Below are positions 12,386 to 26,760 of a stretch of DNA of 64,000 nucleotides, in pieces. The position numbers were made by a program, and so were the translations under genes. How positions within the stretch are numbered: the first letter of the stretch is position 1; each line of letters begins with the position of its first letter. The notes below the pieces were generated by a model that was given only the letters and a program-made list of their open reading frames with translations, was not told the origin of the DNA and searched no databases. The stretch spans positions 110,920,001 to 110,984,000 of the forward strand of contig NC_086107.1 of the NCBI RefSeq assembly GCF_963921235.1, in the 5' to 3' direction. This stretch comes from Mobula hypostoma. Its lineage: Eukaryota.

Positions 12386-13040
12386 AAGGGAGGGGAGGAG
12401 AAGATGGCGGCGCGACGCAGCGCGTGCGGCTACTCCGAAATGATATCGTATTTGTAAGTAGGATGCCATGCACAATCCTGATTTGATGGAGACAGCCGTG
12501 AGAAGCACGGAGGAACATCTGGAGAAACTTCTGAAATGCCCGCTTCGCTGCCGCTGCTACTGTGCGATCGAGAATCTCCAGAGGGGAAGGCCCCAAATCC
12601 TCGGCTTTGCTTATTGCCTGTTGCCGGGGCCGGTGTGGACGTGCTCGGTGTCGGAGGGCTGGTCTGAGGCTCGAAGTTTTCGGACAGACTCAGAGTCGGA
12701 CTGTGGTTGGGTGCTTCCCGGATGCTGCATCGGCAAGTTTGCGGTGCTGGAAGCTCATGGCAGGAAGAGAGTTTCTCTTCCTTCAACAGTCTGCGTGAGA
12801 TGATAAGACTTTGAGACTTTTTTTTTACCGTGTCCATGGTCTGTTCTTTATCAAATTACGGTATTGCTTTGCACTGTTGTAAGTATATGTTATAATTATG
12901 TGGGTTTTGTCAGTTTTTTTTAGTCTTGGTTTGTCTTGCGTTTCTGTGATATCATTCATGGAGGAACATTGTATCTTTTCTTAATGCATGCATTACTAAA
13001 TGACAATAAACGAGGACTGCGTGTCCTCATAATCTAATCA
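12386..13040 (+). mobile_element. Non-autonomous LINE-derived element (CpG-rich aagatggcggcg 5' end, LINE-type 3' tail). A similarly built element lies at ~14057-14855(-)
   Basis: Inserted within an older LINE tail, with an apparent atcaatg duplication on both sides. Confidence 0.55.
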
Positions 13041-15327
13041 ATGTAAGACCGTCCAACTAGAGTGTTCAACCAGAGTGCAGAACAATAAACTGTGAAAATG
13101 CAAATATAAATAAATAGCAATAAATAACAAGAATGTGAGATGAAGAATCCTTGAAAGTGGGTCCATTGGATGTGGGAACAGTTCAATGGTGGGGGCAAGT
13201 GAAGCTGAGTGTAGTTATCCCCTTTTGTTCAAGAGCCTGATGGTTGAGGGGTAGTAACTGTTCATGAACCTGGTGGTGTGAGTCCTGAGGCTCTTGTAAC
13301 TCCGTGATAGTAGCAATGAGAAGTGGGCATGTCCTGGGTGAGGGGATCCCTAATAATAGATAGCGCGTTTTTGAGGTATCGCCTTTTGAAAGTGTCCTGG
13401 GTGCTGGGGAGATTAATGGCCACGATGGAGCTGGCTGATGTCAATCGGACGGGAATTCTGCTACCCTGATAACAGTGCACTTGGAGAATAATAATTGGAC
13501 TGCAAAATGTCAAAATGGATTTATATGAGGTTGTATCTTGCAGACTGGATAACGGAGAACAATAGATGTTGAGTATTTGGATTTCTAGAAGGTCTTTGAT
13601 AAAGTTCCATGCACAAGGTTAGTGTGGAAAATCAAGGATATCAAAGTTTAAAGTATATTTACTATCTGAGTACATATATGTCACCACATCCAACCCTGAG
13701 ATTCATTTTCCTGTGGGCATACTCAGTAGCTTTATAGAATAGTAACTGTAAACAGGATTAATGAAAGATCAACCAGAGTGCAGAAGACAACAAACTGTGC
13801 AAACACAAATATGAATAAATAGCAATAAATAATGAGAGCTTTAAAGTCAGATTTTTAGTTGTGGGAACATCTTAATAGATGAGAGTAATTATCCTGTTTG
13901 TTCAAGAGCCTGATGGTTGAGGGATAGTAACTGTTCATGAACCTGGTGGTGCGAGTCCTGAGCCTCTTGTACCTTCTACCTGATGGCAGCAGTGAGAAAA
14001 GAGCATGGCCTGGGTGGTGGGGATTTGGGATGATGGATGCTGCTTTCCTACAACATTGTTCAATAGGTACATTTAATGTCAGAGAAATGTATACAATATA
14101 CATCCTGAAATTCTTTTTCTTTGCAAACATCCACGAAAACAGAGGAGTGCCCCAAAGAATGAATGACAGTTAAATGTCAGAACCCCAAAGTCCCCCCCCA
14201 GCTCTCCCCTCCCAAGCACAAGTAGCAGCAAGGCAATGACCTCCCCACTACCCCACCAGCAAAACAGCATCAGCACCCTCCACTGAGCACCCAAGCGTGC
14301 AGCAAAGCATCAATAATGACAGAGACTTGTAGTACCCCAAAGACGATGCGTTCATCCGGCAATTCGATATACCACAGGCTCCCTCTCTCCCTAATAAGGG
14401 AAAAAGAGGTGTCACCATTTCACAGCAAGAGGGGAGACATAACAACTTGCTGATTTATGGTGTTAAAAGTTTGTTGCGTTGCTTTCTGAGCTTTTTGCCC
14501 AAAGAATCAGCACCGGAAAGTCTCAGGTCCCTGGTCTCTGGACCAATGTTCTGTGTTCTCCCGCGATGCCTCAGTCAGGGGCACCGGCCTTGAATCAGCC
14601 CATCTCCAGAGCCCCAGAAACCCGGCACCTGAAGGCACGCTAGTCTTCCAGGCCACGTCCTAGTCATTGCAAGAAGCGGCCGGTTGTGAGGCCCCGAGAG
14701 CGGGTCCCATTCCTTCAAAGAACCACAGTCGGAGTGTAACTTCCAGTTCAGGGTCTTCAAAAGAACCCTGAAAAGAAAAAAGAGCTATCAAAGATAGAAA
14801 TAGAGCTGTTTCCGAAGATGCAAGCAAAAGATTCGCCGCTTAGCACCATCTTCACTTTTCCTCTCCCTCCATTTCATGTAGATGTGCTCAATGATTGGGT
14901 GGGGGGAGGCTTTACCCGTGATGCACTGGGCTGAATCCACTTTCCATTCAAAGGCACTGGTGTTCCCATTCCTGGTTGTAAGTCAGCCAGTCAACATACT
15001 TTCCACTACACGTCTAAAACAGTTTTTCAAATTTTTAGATGCCATGCCAAACCTACAGACTCCCCAGAAGTAGAGTCGTTGTTGTGCTTTCTTTGCAATT
15101 ATATTTATATGATGGGTCCAGGACAGGATATAGAACGTGAAAGGTTAATTGTTAGCATTGGTTGAAAATTAGTTGACTGACAGGAGACAGACTAGGAATA
15201 AATGGGACTTAATTGTAGTTGGTCGGCGGTGTGGTTTTGCAAGAATCAGGCTTGGACCACACTTATTCATACTGCATACAGTCAGTAGCCTCTTTATTTG
15301 GTACCTCCTATACCTAATACTTCATTT

Positions 15328-15737
15328 ATAAGGCCAGTGATGTTGTGGGGATGGAACTGGACTCTGACGGTGGTGTCTGAAAAGAGGATGCTGTCCAAGT
15401 TGCATGCCATCTTGGACAATGTCTCCCATCCACTACATAATGTTCTGGGTGGGCACAGGAGTACATTCAGCCAGAGACTCATTCCACCGAGATGCAACAC
15501 CGAGCGTCATAGGAAGTCATTCCTGCCTGTGGCCATCAAACTTTACAACTCCTCCCTTGGAGGGTCAGACACCCTGAGCCAATAGGCTGGTCCTGCACTT
15601 ATTTCCTGGCATAATTTACATATTACTATTTAATTATTTATGGTTTTATTACTATTTAATTACTTATGGTGCAACTGTAATGAAAACCAATTTCCCCCGG
15701 GATCAATAAAGTATGACTATGACTATGACTATGACTA
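15328..15737 (+). mobile_element. Young Rex1 LINE 3' end with (ctatga)n tail. Near-identical copies at 19765-20381(-), 53376-53998(-), 56842-57240 and 59269-59790(-)
   Basis: Peptide RMLSKLHAILDNVSHPLH...SFLPVAIKLYNSS is conserved among copies. Confidence 0.9.
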
Positions 15738-15869
15738 AATTGGCCAGTGAGTGTATGTTTATGATCTTCTGTTGCTGTAGCCCCTCCACTACAGGATTCA
15801 AAGTGGTGTGCATTCAGAGATACTCTTCTGCATATTACCGTTGTAGTGTGTGGTTATTTGAGTTGCTAT

Positions 15870-16465
15870 AAGACCATAAGACAGAGGAACAGAATTAGGC
15901 CATTCAGTCCATCGAGTCTGCTCTGCCATTCCATCATGGCTGATCCCAGATCCCACGCAACCCCATGCACCTGCCTTCTCACCATAACCTTGGATTCCCC
16001 GACCAATCAGGAAACTACCAACTGCGTGTTTAAATGTACCCACAGACTTGGCCTTCACAGCTGTCTGTGGCAGAGCATTCCACAGATTCACTACTCTCTG
16101 GCTAAAAAATGTTCTCCTTACTTCTGTTCCAGAAAGTCACCCCTCAATTTTGAGGCTGTGTTCTCTAGTTCTGGACACTGTCACCACAGGAAACATCCTC
16201 TCCACATTCACCCCATCTAGTCCTTTCAACATTCGGTAGGTTTTAATGAGATCCCCCGACCCCCCGCATTCTTCTAAATTCCAGTGAGTACAGGCCCGAA
16301 GCTGCCAAATGCTCCTCGTATGTTAACCCCTTCATTCCTGGAATCATCCCCGTAAACCTCCTCTGGACTCTCTCCAATGACAACACATCCTTTCCGAGAT
16401 ATGGGGCCCAAAACTGTTGACAGTACTCCAGGTGTGGCCTGACTAGTGTCTTATAAAGCCTCAGG
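15870..16465 (-). mobile_element. CR1 LINE 3' fragment
   Basis: NLWNALPQTAVKA...GYGEKAG peptide and CR1-type 3' end. Confidence 0.85.
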
Positions 16466-17271
16466 GAGGTGGGAAAGAAGTTTGCTTTGCTGCTGTCATA
16501 TTGTTTCGTTGTAGTTGTTAGTTATGTTGTTCTGATGTAAATGGTAGGCATGCTCTGTTGGCAATACCTTGGGGGTGTTGGTCGTTAATGCAGATGATAC
16601 ATTTCACTGTTTGTTTCAATGTACATGTGATAAATAAATTTGAATCATATCAATGGTTTGGATGAAGGAACAAAATGTAATTTCTTATTTACAGCGCATT
16701 ACGCCGCTGGCGTTTAGGGCAGTAATGAAGGTCCTCCATCTCTGATAGTGCTCAGGGCTTCCTTCGTCATGTCAATAGCTTCCACTTGGTTTTCACTACT
16801 GTCAGTCATGCAAGTCCTGGGTGGAGACTCAGGAAAACCACTGCACTCAGATGTAGAATGAAGGTGCTCAGATCTCTGATCTTCAACCTTCAGGCTTCTA
16901 CATCTTTATTGCTGTTTCCGTAACAATTTTGTTTGACCAGTCAGGGTTGTTAGCCCTGAGCTGAACTCCTGAACCTGGAGGACCAGTGGACCACCCTTGG
17001 TCTGGCCTCTGCCCTTTGACCTGTTTGGCATGTGTGACCCTACCAAGGGACAAAGCATAAAGCCCTGACTCCAGCCAATGCAGCTCTCCAGGTCATCCAA
17101 ACCATGACAAGGTTGTGGTCCACTTGGAGGAGCCAAATGCAATGTTTACAGTATAACTCCATGAACCTGGCTGAGACTGTGAGATGTGAGGGAGATGCAA
17201 AGCACCTTCAAGACTGCTTAGACAAGCTGAGTGAGTGGATGAGTACATTGCAGTTCATTGAGTGGATGAGA

Positions 17272-17920
17272 TCAGAATGTGAAGCAGGTTTAATATCACC
17301 AGCATATGTTGTGACATTTGCTAACTTTATGGCAGCAGCACAATGCAATACATGATAAATAAATATAGAGAAAGAAACTGAGTTACATTAACAATATATG
17401 GTTATTAAATCATTAAGATAAGTAAGTAATGCAAAAAAAAACAGAAATAAAGAAATAGTGAGGTAGTGTTCATGGGTTCAATGCCCATTCAGAAATCGGA
17501 TGGCAGAGGGGAAGAAGCTGTTCCTGAATCGCTGAGTGTGTGTCTTCAGATTTCTGTACCTCCTTCCTGATGGTAACGTTGAGAAGAGGGCATGTCCTGG
17601 GTGGGGTGGGGTCCTTAATGATGGACGCCATCTTCCTCAGGCCCCCCTCTGTGAAGATGTCTTGGATTCTACAGAGGCTGGTACGCATGATGGAGCTGAC
17701 TGATTTTACAAGTTCCTGCAACTTATTTCGATCTTGTGCAGTAGCCCTCCCCACACCAGACGGTGGTGCAGCCAGTCCGAATGCTCTCCATGGTACATTT
17801 GTAGAAGCTTTCGAGTGTTTTAGTTGACAAACCAAATCTCCTCAAGCTCCTAATGAAATGTAGCTGCTGTCTTGCCTTCTCTGTAGCTGCATCGATATGC
17901 TGTGTCCACATTAGGTCATT
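17272..17920 (-). mobile_element. Rex1/Babar LINE 3' fragment
   Basis: KARQQLHFIRSLRRFG...ASIIKDP peptides. Confidence 0.85.
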
Positions 17921-18888
17921 AGAGACGCAGCATATCATACGTAAATAAATGTGAAGTTATCCACTTGGACCAGAAAAGCAGAATATTATTCACAGTGGGT
18001 GGTGGGTGTGTGGAACTTGCTGCCAGTGGTGGTGGAGGCAAGTACATCAGGGTCACTTAATAGACTCTTAAATAGACATTAAAAATCTTTAAGATAATAT
18101 CTTTTCTGAGACATTGTGTTACTTCAATGTACTCGTGTTATTTCTTTTGTATAATATAACAATAAAAAGATTTGAAAAGAAAGACTGTTAGATCAGCACA
18201 TGGATGTAAGGTGAAATAGAGAGCTATGTGGGAGGGAAGTATTAGATTGATCTCAGAGTAGGTTAAAGGGTCAGCACAACATTGTGGGCCAAAGGGCCTG
18301 TACTGAACTGTACTGTTGTATGATCAAACCATTACAGCAGAGAGTATTCATAGCAAGAGGATTTGAGTACAGGAGCAATGAGCTCTCCCCACAATTATAC
18401 AGGCCTTGGTGGGATCATAGCCGGACTATCGTGTGAAATGTTGAGAGGCTCCTGTACGATATATCATCTTTTGGTTGTTAGTCATGTCAGTCGTTGTTGG
18501 TGTGTAGTTTTTCATTGGTTCTATTGTAGTTCCCTGTTCTACTGTGAATGCCTGCAGAAAAATGGATCCCAGCGTAGTATATGGTGGCATATACATACTT
18601 CAATAATTGCTTTGAGCAGAGGCACATGAATATGCTGGGAACGACGGGATATGGATCACGTGCGGCAGGAAGGATTAGACATGATTAGCCTGGCACAGCA
18701 TTGCAAGCCGAAGGACCTATACCTCCACTGGTCTATGTTCGAAATATCGAAGTGCTAAAGGAATGAAGCTGTAGGGGGAGAGAGTGGGAATATGGCATTG
18801 TGATGGAAAGCAGAGAAGCAGGCTCGAACGATGGAATGATCCACGCATCTTCCTGTTGCCTGTGATTTTGCTGTCTGCCCCTCCCTAC

Positions 18889-18991
18889 TGCATTGCTCTG
18901 ACAGTCTGCTTTTGTGCTCCGGTCTGAGTGAGGCATAACCGCCCCGTCTTCTGAATGAGGACCATAACTGATCCAAGCGCCGATTTAATGC
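18889..18991 (-). CDS. Putative coding exon (103 nt, phase 0->1): ALNRRLDQLWSSFRRRGGYASLRPEHKSRLSEQC
   Basis: catgttattag| acceptor, donor GCA|gtaggg. CpG-retaining unique island overlapping ORF 18755..18976(-). Confidence 0.55.
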
Positions 18992-19394
18992 CTAATAACA
19001 TGCATAATTAATGGATCCTATTTGATCTGATGTAATATTCCAATTCACATATTGATTTAATGGGATTAGCTCTCTGGTACAATTACAGACTAAACGTACA
19101 CTTCATTCTGAACTGCAAAAGGTCAGAGTTTTGGCATTGTATAATTTGAGTCATAAATTAGGTAAACATTTTCAAAGACCTTAAAATAAATAATAATGCA
19201 TCAATTTCCCTTCTGATTGGGAAATAATTTGACAACAAGGGTGGCAGTTGCTGACTCATCATATATATTCTGAAAGGGAACTGTTAGGTTCCTACAAACA
19301 TGAGAAAACCTGCAAATGCTGGAAATATGAGCAACGCCTTATATTCTGTCTGGATGGACACGATTATATTCTGTCAACACGATGGCATGAACAT

Positions 19395-20418
19395 GAACAT
19401 GATTTCTCCGACTTCCAGTAATTGTCCCCCTCCTTCACCATTCCCAGTTCCTGTTACCCTCTCTTACCTTATCTCCTTACCTGTCTATCATTTCCCTCTG
19501 GTGCTCCTCTTCCTTCCCTCTCTTCCATGGCCTTCGACCTCTCCTATCAGATTTCCCCTCCTCCAGCCCCTTATCTCTTCTACTGATCAACTTTCCAGCT
19601 CTTTAATTCACCCCTTCCCCCTCTCCAGGTTTCACCTATCACCTACCACTTTCCTCCCCTCCCCCCTCCTTCTTACTCTGACTTCTCCTCTTTCTTTCCA
19701 GTCCCGATGAAGGGTCTCGAGCCAAAATGTCAACCACTTACCTTTTTCCATAGATGCTGTCTTTATAGTCATAGTCATAGTCATAGTCATACTTTATTGA
19801 TCCTGGGGGAAATTGGTTTTCGTTACAGTTGCACCATAAATAATAAACAGTAATAAAACCATAAATAGTTAAATAGTAATATGTAAATTATGCCAGGAAA
19901 TAAGTCCAGGACCAGCCTATTGGCTCAGGGTGTCTGACCCTCCAAGGGAGGAGTTGTAAAGTTTGATGGCCACAGGCAGGAATGACTTCCTATGACGCTC
20001 TGTGTTGCATCTCGGTGGTATGAGTCTCTGGCTGAATGTACTCCTGTGCCCAACCAGTACATTATGTAGTGGATGGGAGACATTGTCCAAGATGGCATGC
20101 AACTTGGACAGCATCCTCTTTTCAGACACCACCGTGAGAGAGTCCAGTTCCATCCCCACAACATCACTGGCCTGACGAATGAGTTTGTTGATTCTGTTGG
20201 TGTCTGCTACCCTCAGCCTGCTGCCCCAGCACACAACAGCAAACATGATAGCACTGGCCACCACAGACTCGTAGAACATCCTCAGCATCGTCTGGCAGAT
20301 GTTAAAGGACCTCAGTCTCCTCAGGAAATAGAGACGGCTCTGACCCTTCTTGTAGACAGCCTCAGTGTTCTTTGACCAGTCCTCCAGCGAGTTCCTCCAG
20401 CATTTTGTGTGTGTTGTT
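19395..20418 (+). mobile_element. Penelope pseudo-LTR fragment interrupted by a Rex1 copy
   Basis: Pyrimidine-rich pLTR body and decayed hammerhead at ~19700-19735; the pLTR resumes at ~20385. Confidence 0.7.
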
Positions 20419-20514
20419 AAGTTCCCAGATCAGTGGAGGTATTGTATATCAAGACTTGTACCTGATAAGATGATACCTGTGATGTGCCTCCTGGACTAAA
20501 CACATTCTTACGTT

Positions 20515-23500
20515 AATCAGAATCAGAATCAGGTTTATTATCACCGGCATGTGATGTGAAATTTGTTAACTTAGCAGCAGCAGTTCAATGCAACACATAA
20601 TCTAGCAGAGAGAGAGAAAAAAATAAACTAAAACATGATAATAAATAAACAAGTAAATCAATTACGTATATTGAATAGATTTTTAAAAATGTGCAAAAAG
20701 AGAAATACTGTATATTAAAAAATGTGAGGTAGTGTCCAAAGCTTCAACGTCCATTTAGGAATCAGATGGCAGAGGGGAAGAAGCTGTTCCTGAATTACTG
20801 AGTGTATGCCTTCAGGCTTCTGTATCTCCTACCTGATGGTAACAGTGAGAAAAGGGCATGCCCTGGATGCAGGGGGTCCTTAATAACGGACGCTCCTTTA
20901 TCTAAGATTAAACAAGATTGGGAAAAGGAACTCAATTTGACTTTTATGACGGAGGATTGGATGCAGATATTGAAGTTGGTTAACTCTTCTTCAATTTGTG
21001 CTGGCCATTCATTGATTCAATTTAAAATTGTACATCGTTATCATTTGACGAAGGAGAGACTTTCTAAAATCTTTTCTAATGTTGATAGTCATTGTGATAA
21101 ATGTAAAACTGAGAGAGCTACACTGACACATATGTTTTGGTCTTGTTCTATATTGGAACAGTTCTGGAAGTCGGTTTTTTCAACAATTTCTAAAGCACTT
21201 AAAATTAATCTACAACTTAATAAATTAACTGTGCTTTTTGGCTTAATTCCTCAAAATATTCATGGTATTTCTGTGTCTGACCAACATGTTATTGTATTTG
21301 TTACATTGATAGCTAGGAGGGCCTTTTGTTGAAGTGGAAGGATACATCAGCTCCCACTTTGTCACAATGCTTCTCTCAAGTGATGCTATGTCTTAGTTTG
21401 GAGAAAATTAGAAGTTGAACCTTTGAACCTTTACTTGATTTTGAGAAAAGATGGGGCTCATTTGCTCGTTATTATCATTTGAGCTAATTGATAGATTTTT
21501 CTCCACGATCTAATTGTAAATTTTTTGGTATATTTTCTTTTTTTGGTATATTTTCTTTTCTTGCTGGCGGTTTGATGTTTATTTTTAGAAGCTTTTTGTA
21601 TGACGCATGGCTCCAGGGTTGTACACCTAATGGGTTCTTTTTTCCCCTCACTTTTCTGCTTAGTAGGTTTTTTTTGTTATCACAAATTTTTTTTCAATCT
21701 TTAAGATAATGTCTTTTTTGAGACATTGTAAGTGTTGTTACTTCAATGACTCATGTTATTTCTTTTGTATAATATAACAATAAAAAGATTTGAAAAGAAA
21801 AGAAAGAAAGAATAACGACACTGCCTTTCTGAGACTCTGCTTCCTAAAGATGTCCTGGGTACTTTGTAGGCTAGTGTCCAAGATGGAGCTGACTAGATTT
21901 ACAACCTTCTGCAGCTTCTTTTGGTCCTGTGCAGTAGCCCCTCTATACCAGACAGTGATGCACCCTGTCAGAATGCTCTCCATGGTACAACTATAGAAGT
22001 TTTTGAGTGTATTTGTTGACATAGCAAATCTCTTCAAACTCCTAATAAAGTATAGCCACTGTCTTGTCTTCTTTATGACTACATCGATATGTTGGGACCA
22101 GGTTAGATCCTCAGAGATCTTGACACCGAGAAACTTGAAGATGCTCACTCTCTTCACTTCTGATCCCTCTATGAGGATTGGTATGTGCTCCTTCGTCTTA
22201 CCCTTCCTGAAGTCCACAATCAGCTCTTTCATCTTACTGACGTTGAGTGCCAGGTTGTTGCTGTGGCACCATTCCACTAGCTGACATATCTCACTCCTGT
22301 ACGCCCTCTCGTCACCACCTAAGATTCTACCAACAATTGTCAGCAAATTGTCAGCTATTGTCAGCAAATTTGTAGATGGTATTTGAGCTATGCCTAGCCA
22401 CACAGTCATGTGTATATAGAGAGTAGAGCAGTGGGTTAAGCACACACCCCTGAGGTGCACCAGTGTTGATCGTCAGCGAGGAGGATATATTATCACCAAT
22501 TCGCACAGACTGTGGTCTTCCGGTTAGGAAGTCGAGGATCCATTTGCAGAGGGAGGTACAGAGGCCCAGTTTCTGCAACTTCTCAATCAGGATTGTGGGA
22601 ATGATGGTATTAAATGCTGAGCTATAGTCGATGAACAGCATCCTGACGTAGGTGTTTGTATTGTCTAGGTGGTCTAAAGCCGTGTGGAGAGCATTGAGAT
22701 TGCATCTGCCATTGAACTATTGTGACGATAGGCAAATTGCTGAGGCAGGAGTTCAGTCTAGTCATAACCAACCTCTCAAAGCACTTCATCACTGTCGATG
22801 TGAGTGCTACCGGGATGATAGGCATTAAGGCAGCCCACATTATTCTTCTTAGGCACTGGTATAATTGTTGCATTTTTGAAGCAAGTGGGAACTTCTGCCC
22901 GTAACAGTGAGAGGTTGAAAATGTTCTTGAATACTCCTGCTAGTTGGTTGGCACAGGTTTTCAGAGCCTTACCAGGTATTTCATTGGGACCTTCTACCTT
23001 GCGAGGGTTCACTCTCTTTAAAGACAGCCTAACATCGGCCTTTGAGACAGAGATCACAGGGTTATCAGGTGTAGCAGGGATCTTCACAGCTGTAGTTGTG
23101 TTCTCCCTTTGAAAGCGTGCAAGCGTTGAGTTCATCTGGTAGTGAAGCATCACTGCCATTCATAGTATTGGGTTTCGCTTTGTAGGAAGTAATGTCTTGC
23201 AGACCCTGCCAGAGTTACCGTGCATCTGATACCGCCTCCAACATTGATCGAAATTGTCTCTTTGCCCTTGAAATAGCCCTCTGCAAATCATACCTGGTTT
23301 TCTGGTACAGGCCTGGGTTGCCAGACTTGAATGCCACAGATCTGGCCTTCAGCAGACGATGTACCTCCTGGTTCATCCATGGCTTTTGGTTTGGGAATGT
23401 ACAGCAAGTCTTTGTAGGCTCACACTCATCCACACAGTTTTGATGAAGTCGGTAACAACTGCAGCCTACTCATCCAGGTTCGAAGATGAATCCCAGAATA

Positions 23501-23893
23501 CAGTCCAGTCCATTGATTCAAAGCAGTCCTGTAGGCTCTCCTGTGCTTCCCTTGTCCAAACCTTCTTGGTCCTCACTGCTGGTGCTGCAGTCTTCAGTCT
23601 CTGCCTATACTCAGGGAGTAGAAGTACAGCCAGGTGATCAGACTTCCTGAAGTGAGGGTGTGGAATAGCACGGTAGGCATTCTTGATGGTGGTGTAGCAA
23701 TGGTCTGGTGTGTTGTTTCCTCTAGTATTGCAAGTGATCTGTTGATGGTAGTTGCTTAGTGATTTTTTTTCAGACTGGCCTTGTTAAAATCTCCCAAAAC
23801 GATGGTGAAGGCATTAGGGTGCGCTGTTTCGTGCATGTTGATCCCATTGCTCAGATCATTAAAAGCCTGCTTGACATCGACCTGAGGTGGAAG
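20515..23893 (-). mobile_element. Long Rex1/Babar LINE (partial APE endonuclease + RT, frameshifted), interrupted by an L1 fragment
   Basis: ORFs 21756-23433 with [25 protein letters not shown] and VPTCFKNATIIPVPKK motifs. Confidence 0.92.
20895..21810 (+). mobile_element. L1/Tx1-clade LINE 3' fragment. A short sibling tail lies at 18083-18184
   Basis: CCHC knuckle CDKC...THMFWSC, AATAAA plus A-rich tail, aataacg duplicated at both junctions. Confidence 0.88.
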
Positions 23894-24160
23894 GATCTTC
23901 GCCAACCAGCACATGCCCTCTTCTTCTTTGAGTACATTAGAGCTGAGGTTGATAGGTTATTGAGAATGGGGCTGAGAGGGAAAATAAATCAGTCCTGATG
24001 GAACGGCCGAGCAGACTTGATGGGCTGAATGGCCTCATTCTGCTCCTATGTCTTATGGTCTTCTCGTTACTATCATGAGGGAGAAGGTGCAGGTAACTGA
24101 AGATGCACTAGTGTTTTAAGAACATCTTCTTCCCCTCCGCAACTAAATTTCTGAATTTTT

Positions 24161-26760
24161 TGTTTTGTAACGCCAAAACATAAAACTAATTGAAGGAAAA
24201 ACACGGGAGTCTGGGGATGTATATCTTCACTTTAGTGAGGTGTGCTCATATGACGCGGTGGCATAGTGCCGTATGCCATTCGTGTACTTTTGTATCTGGT
24301 ATAACCTGCAAAGAATTACGTAAATAACAAAGAATGCTTAATCAAACAATATATCTACAATTTTATTCCAATATTACTGAAGTATTAAATATACAACACT
24401 CCTTCCTGCTTAGCTATTAACTCCAACTCAATGCAGAAACTCACTATAGAATATAGTGGCTATATTTCATTCGAAGTCTGAGGAGATTTGGTGTGTCAAC
24501 TAGAACACACAAAAACCTCTATAGATATACCATGGAGAGTATTCTGACAGGCTGCACCACCGTCAGGTATTGTGTGGGGGGTGATGCACAAGATTGAAGT
24601 AAATTGCAGAAACTTGTAAAATTAGTCAGCTCCATTATGGGTACTAGCCTCTGTAGTATCCAAGACATCTTCAAGGAGCGGTGCCCTAGGAAGGCAGTGC
24701 CCATCACTAAGGATCTCCACTACCCAGGTAATGACCTCTTCACACTGTTACCATCAGGTAGGAGGTACAGAAGCCTGAAGGCACACACTCAGTGATTCAG
24801 GAACAGCTTCTTCCCCTCTGCCATCTAATTTCTAAATGAACATTGAACCCATGATCACCTCCTTTTTTATTTGTCTTTTTTCCTGCATTACTTATTTCAA
24901 CTTAACTATTTAATAGACATATACACTTGTTGTAACTCAATGTTGTTCTCTACTTTCATTTATCATGTGTTTCATTGGACTACTGCCGTAAATTAACAAA
25001 TTTCACGATGTGTGCTGGTGGATATTAAACCTGATTCTGATCTCAACATATACACAGAATACTATATAGTACAACTACTATACAGACATTCACAGCGTAG
25101 TAAATTTTAATTTGTCCCATTCAGGCCGAAAGATTTAATCACAGTGAAGGATTTCTTATTCTCGTGGGATAACGTCTTTCCTGACAACACTCACAACATG
25201 CTGGAGGAACTCTGCAGGTTGGACAGCATCCGTGGAAAAGATCAGTCGATGTTTCGGGCTGGAACCCTTCAGGGTTCCGGCCCGAAACGTCGACCGATCG
25301 TTTCCATGGATGCTGCCCGACCTGCTGAGTTCCTCCAGCATGTTGTGAGTGTTGCTTTGACCCCAGCATCTGCAGATTATTTTGTCTTTCCTGACAAGGA
25401 GGGGTCACTCTGCTTGGCAGGTGAGATTTGTGGCTGTGAATCTCAGGTTCTGGGGCCTCCTGTGTGGTGGTTGTAGAAGTTGACTCTGGGACTGCAGGAA
25501 GTGGTTCTGACAGCTCTGGACTCCTTTCTTCTGGATGTGTAGGCATCCCGAGAAGTGCATGCAAGCTGTTTGATCTACTGATCTATTCCAGGCCACCAGA
25601 CAAAACTTCGAGCCAATACTTTGACCATGCCTAGATGACTGGCATGCAGCTCCTCTAACACTTTAGCTGTCAGCTTGGATGGGACAATAACTCTCCATCC
25701 CCACGTAAGGCAACCCTCCGACAAGGGTAAGTTCTTCCCAGCGCTGTTGAAAATGGGGGAACTGGAGTTTCCACTGCACATTCCAGCCATTTTGGGTGGC
25801 CATGTAGACCTGAGAGAGTGTGGGTTCTGTTCTGGTTTACCTTTGAATCATCTCCTGCATGGGTAACAGAGAACTTCCAATTTGCATTGGGGACGAAAAT
25901 GTCAAGAGGAGTCCTCCTGAATTTTTCAGGTATTTCCTTTTCCAAAGGTAAATGGAACAATCCATTAGCATTTCCATGATTAGTTGTCCTCTTGAATTCG
26001 ATCTTGTCATTGTGTCCTCCAAGAAACAGAGCCCATCTCTACATTTATGCTGCTGCTGTTAGTGAAGCACCCTTCTGTGGATTGAAAATGGACACTGGTG
26101 GCTGGTAGTCAGTAAGGAGCATAAACTCTCTCCTATACAAGTACTGCTTTTACACCCTAAAGAAGACTTAAGGCCTCTTCATCAAACTGTGTGTAATTTT
26201 CCTCTGCAGTGGTAAGGGAACATGATGCAAAGACTATGGGGCGTTCAATTCCATCACTCATAACGTGTGGCATGACTACACGTGTACTATACGGTGAGGT
26301 GTCACAAGCAAGCTTCACTGAACGAGGTGGATCATAATGTGTGAGTACAGTGTCTGACGTCACCATTTCATGTATCTTTTGGAAAGCCACTTCACACACT
26401 GCATTGTCCATTGCCATTTCTTCCCGATCTGCAGTAAAGAGTTCAAGGGGTGGAGCACAGTAGCCGGATTTGGCAGGAACCCATTATAGTAATTGACAAT
26501 CCTAGAAAGGTCCGCAACTGTGCGGGCATCCACCACTGCTTGAATTTTCTCAGCACACTTGTGTAATTCTTGTGTGTCAATGGTATGACTGCAGTAAGTG
26601 ATGCTTAGTTTAAAGAATTCACACTTGCCGTGTCATGCTCTGGGCCTATTAACTTCTAATCTTTTTAAAACTGTGTTGAGATTTTGGAGATGTTCTTTAT
26701 CATCCTCACCTGTATCAATTATGTCATCCAGGTAACCCTGAGTGCCTGGGCAGCCTTGCA
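24161..26760 (-). mobile_element. Degenerate Gypsy LTR retrotransposon: 3' LTR 24161-24398, PPT and pol remnants (RT, RNase H, integrase Zn-binding region)
   Basis: TG...CA LTR preceded by purine tract agcaggaaggag. Peptides VLTHYDP..VKLACD, ERPIVFAS, ELHASHLGMVK..ARSFVWWPGID. Interrupted by LINE (24455-25045) and Penelope inserts. Confidence 0.9.
25185..25386. mobile_element. Fold-back (inverted) Penelope pLTR insertion
   Basis: Inverted arms centred on ggaaccct-tc-agggttcc; direct repeat gtctttcctgacaa at 25174-25187 and 25384-25397. Confidence 0.88.
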
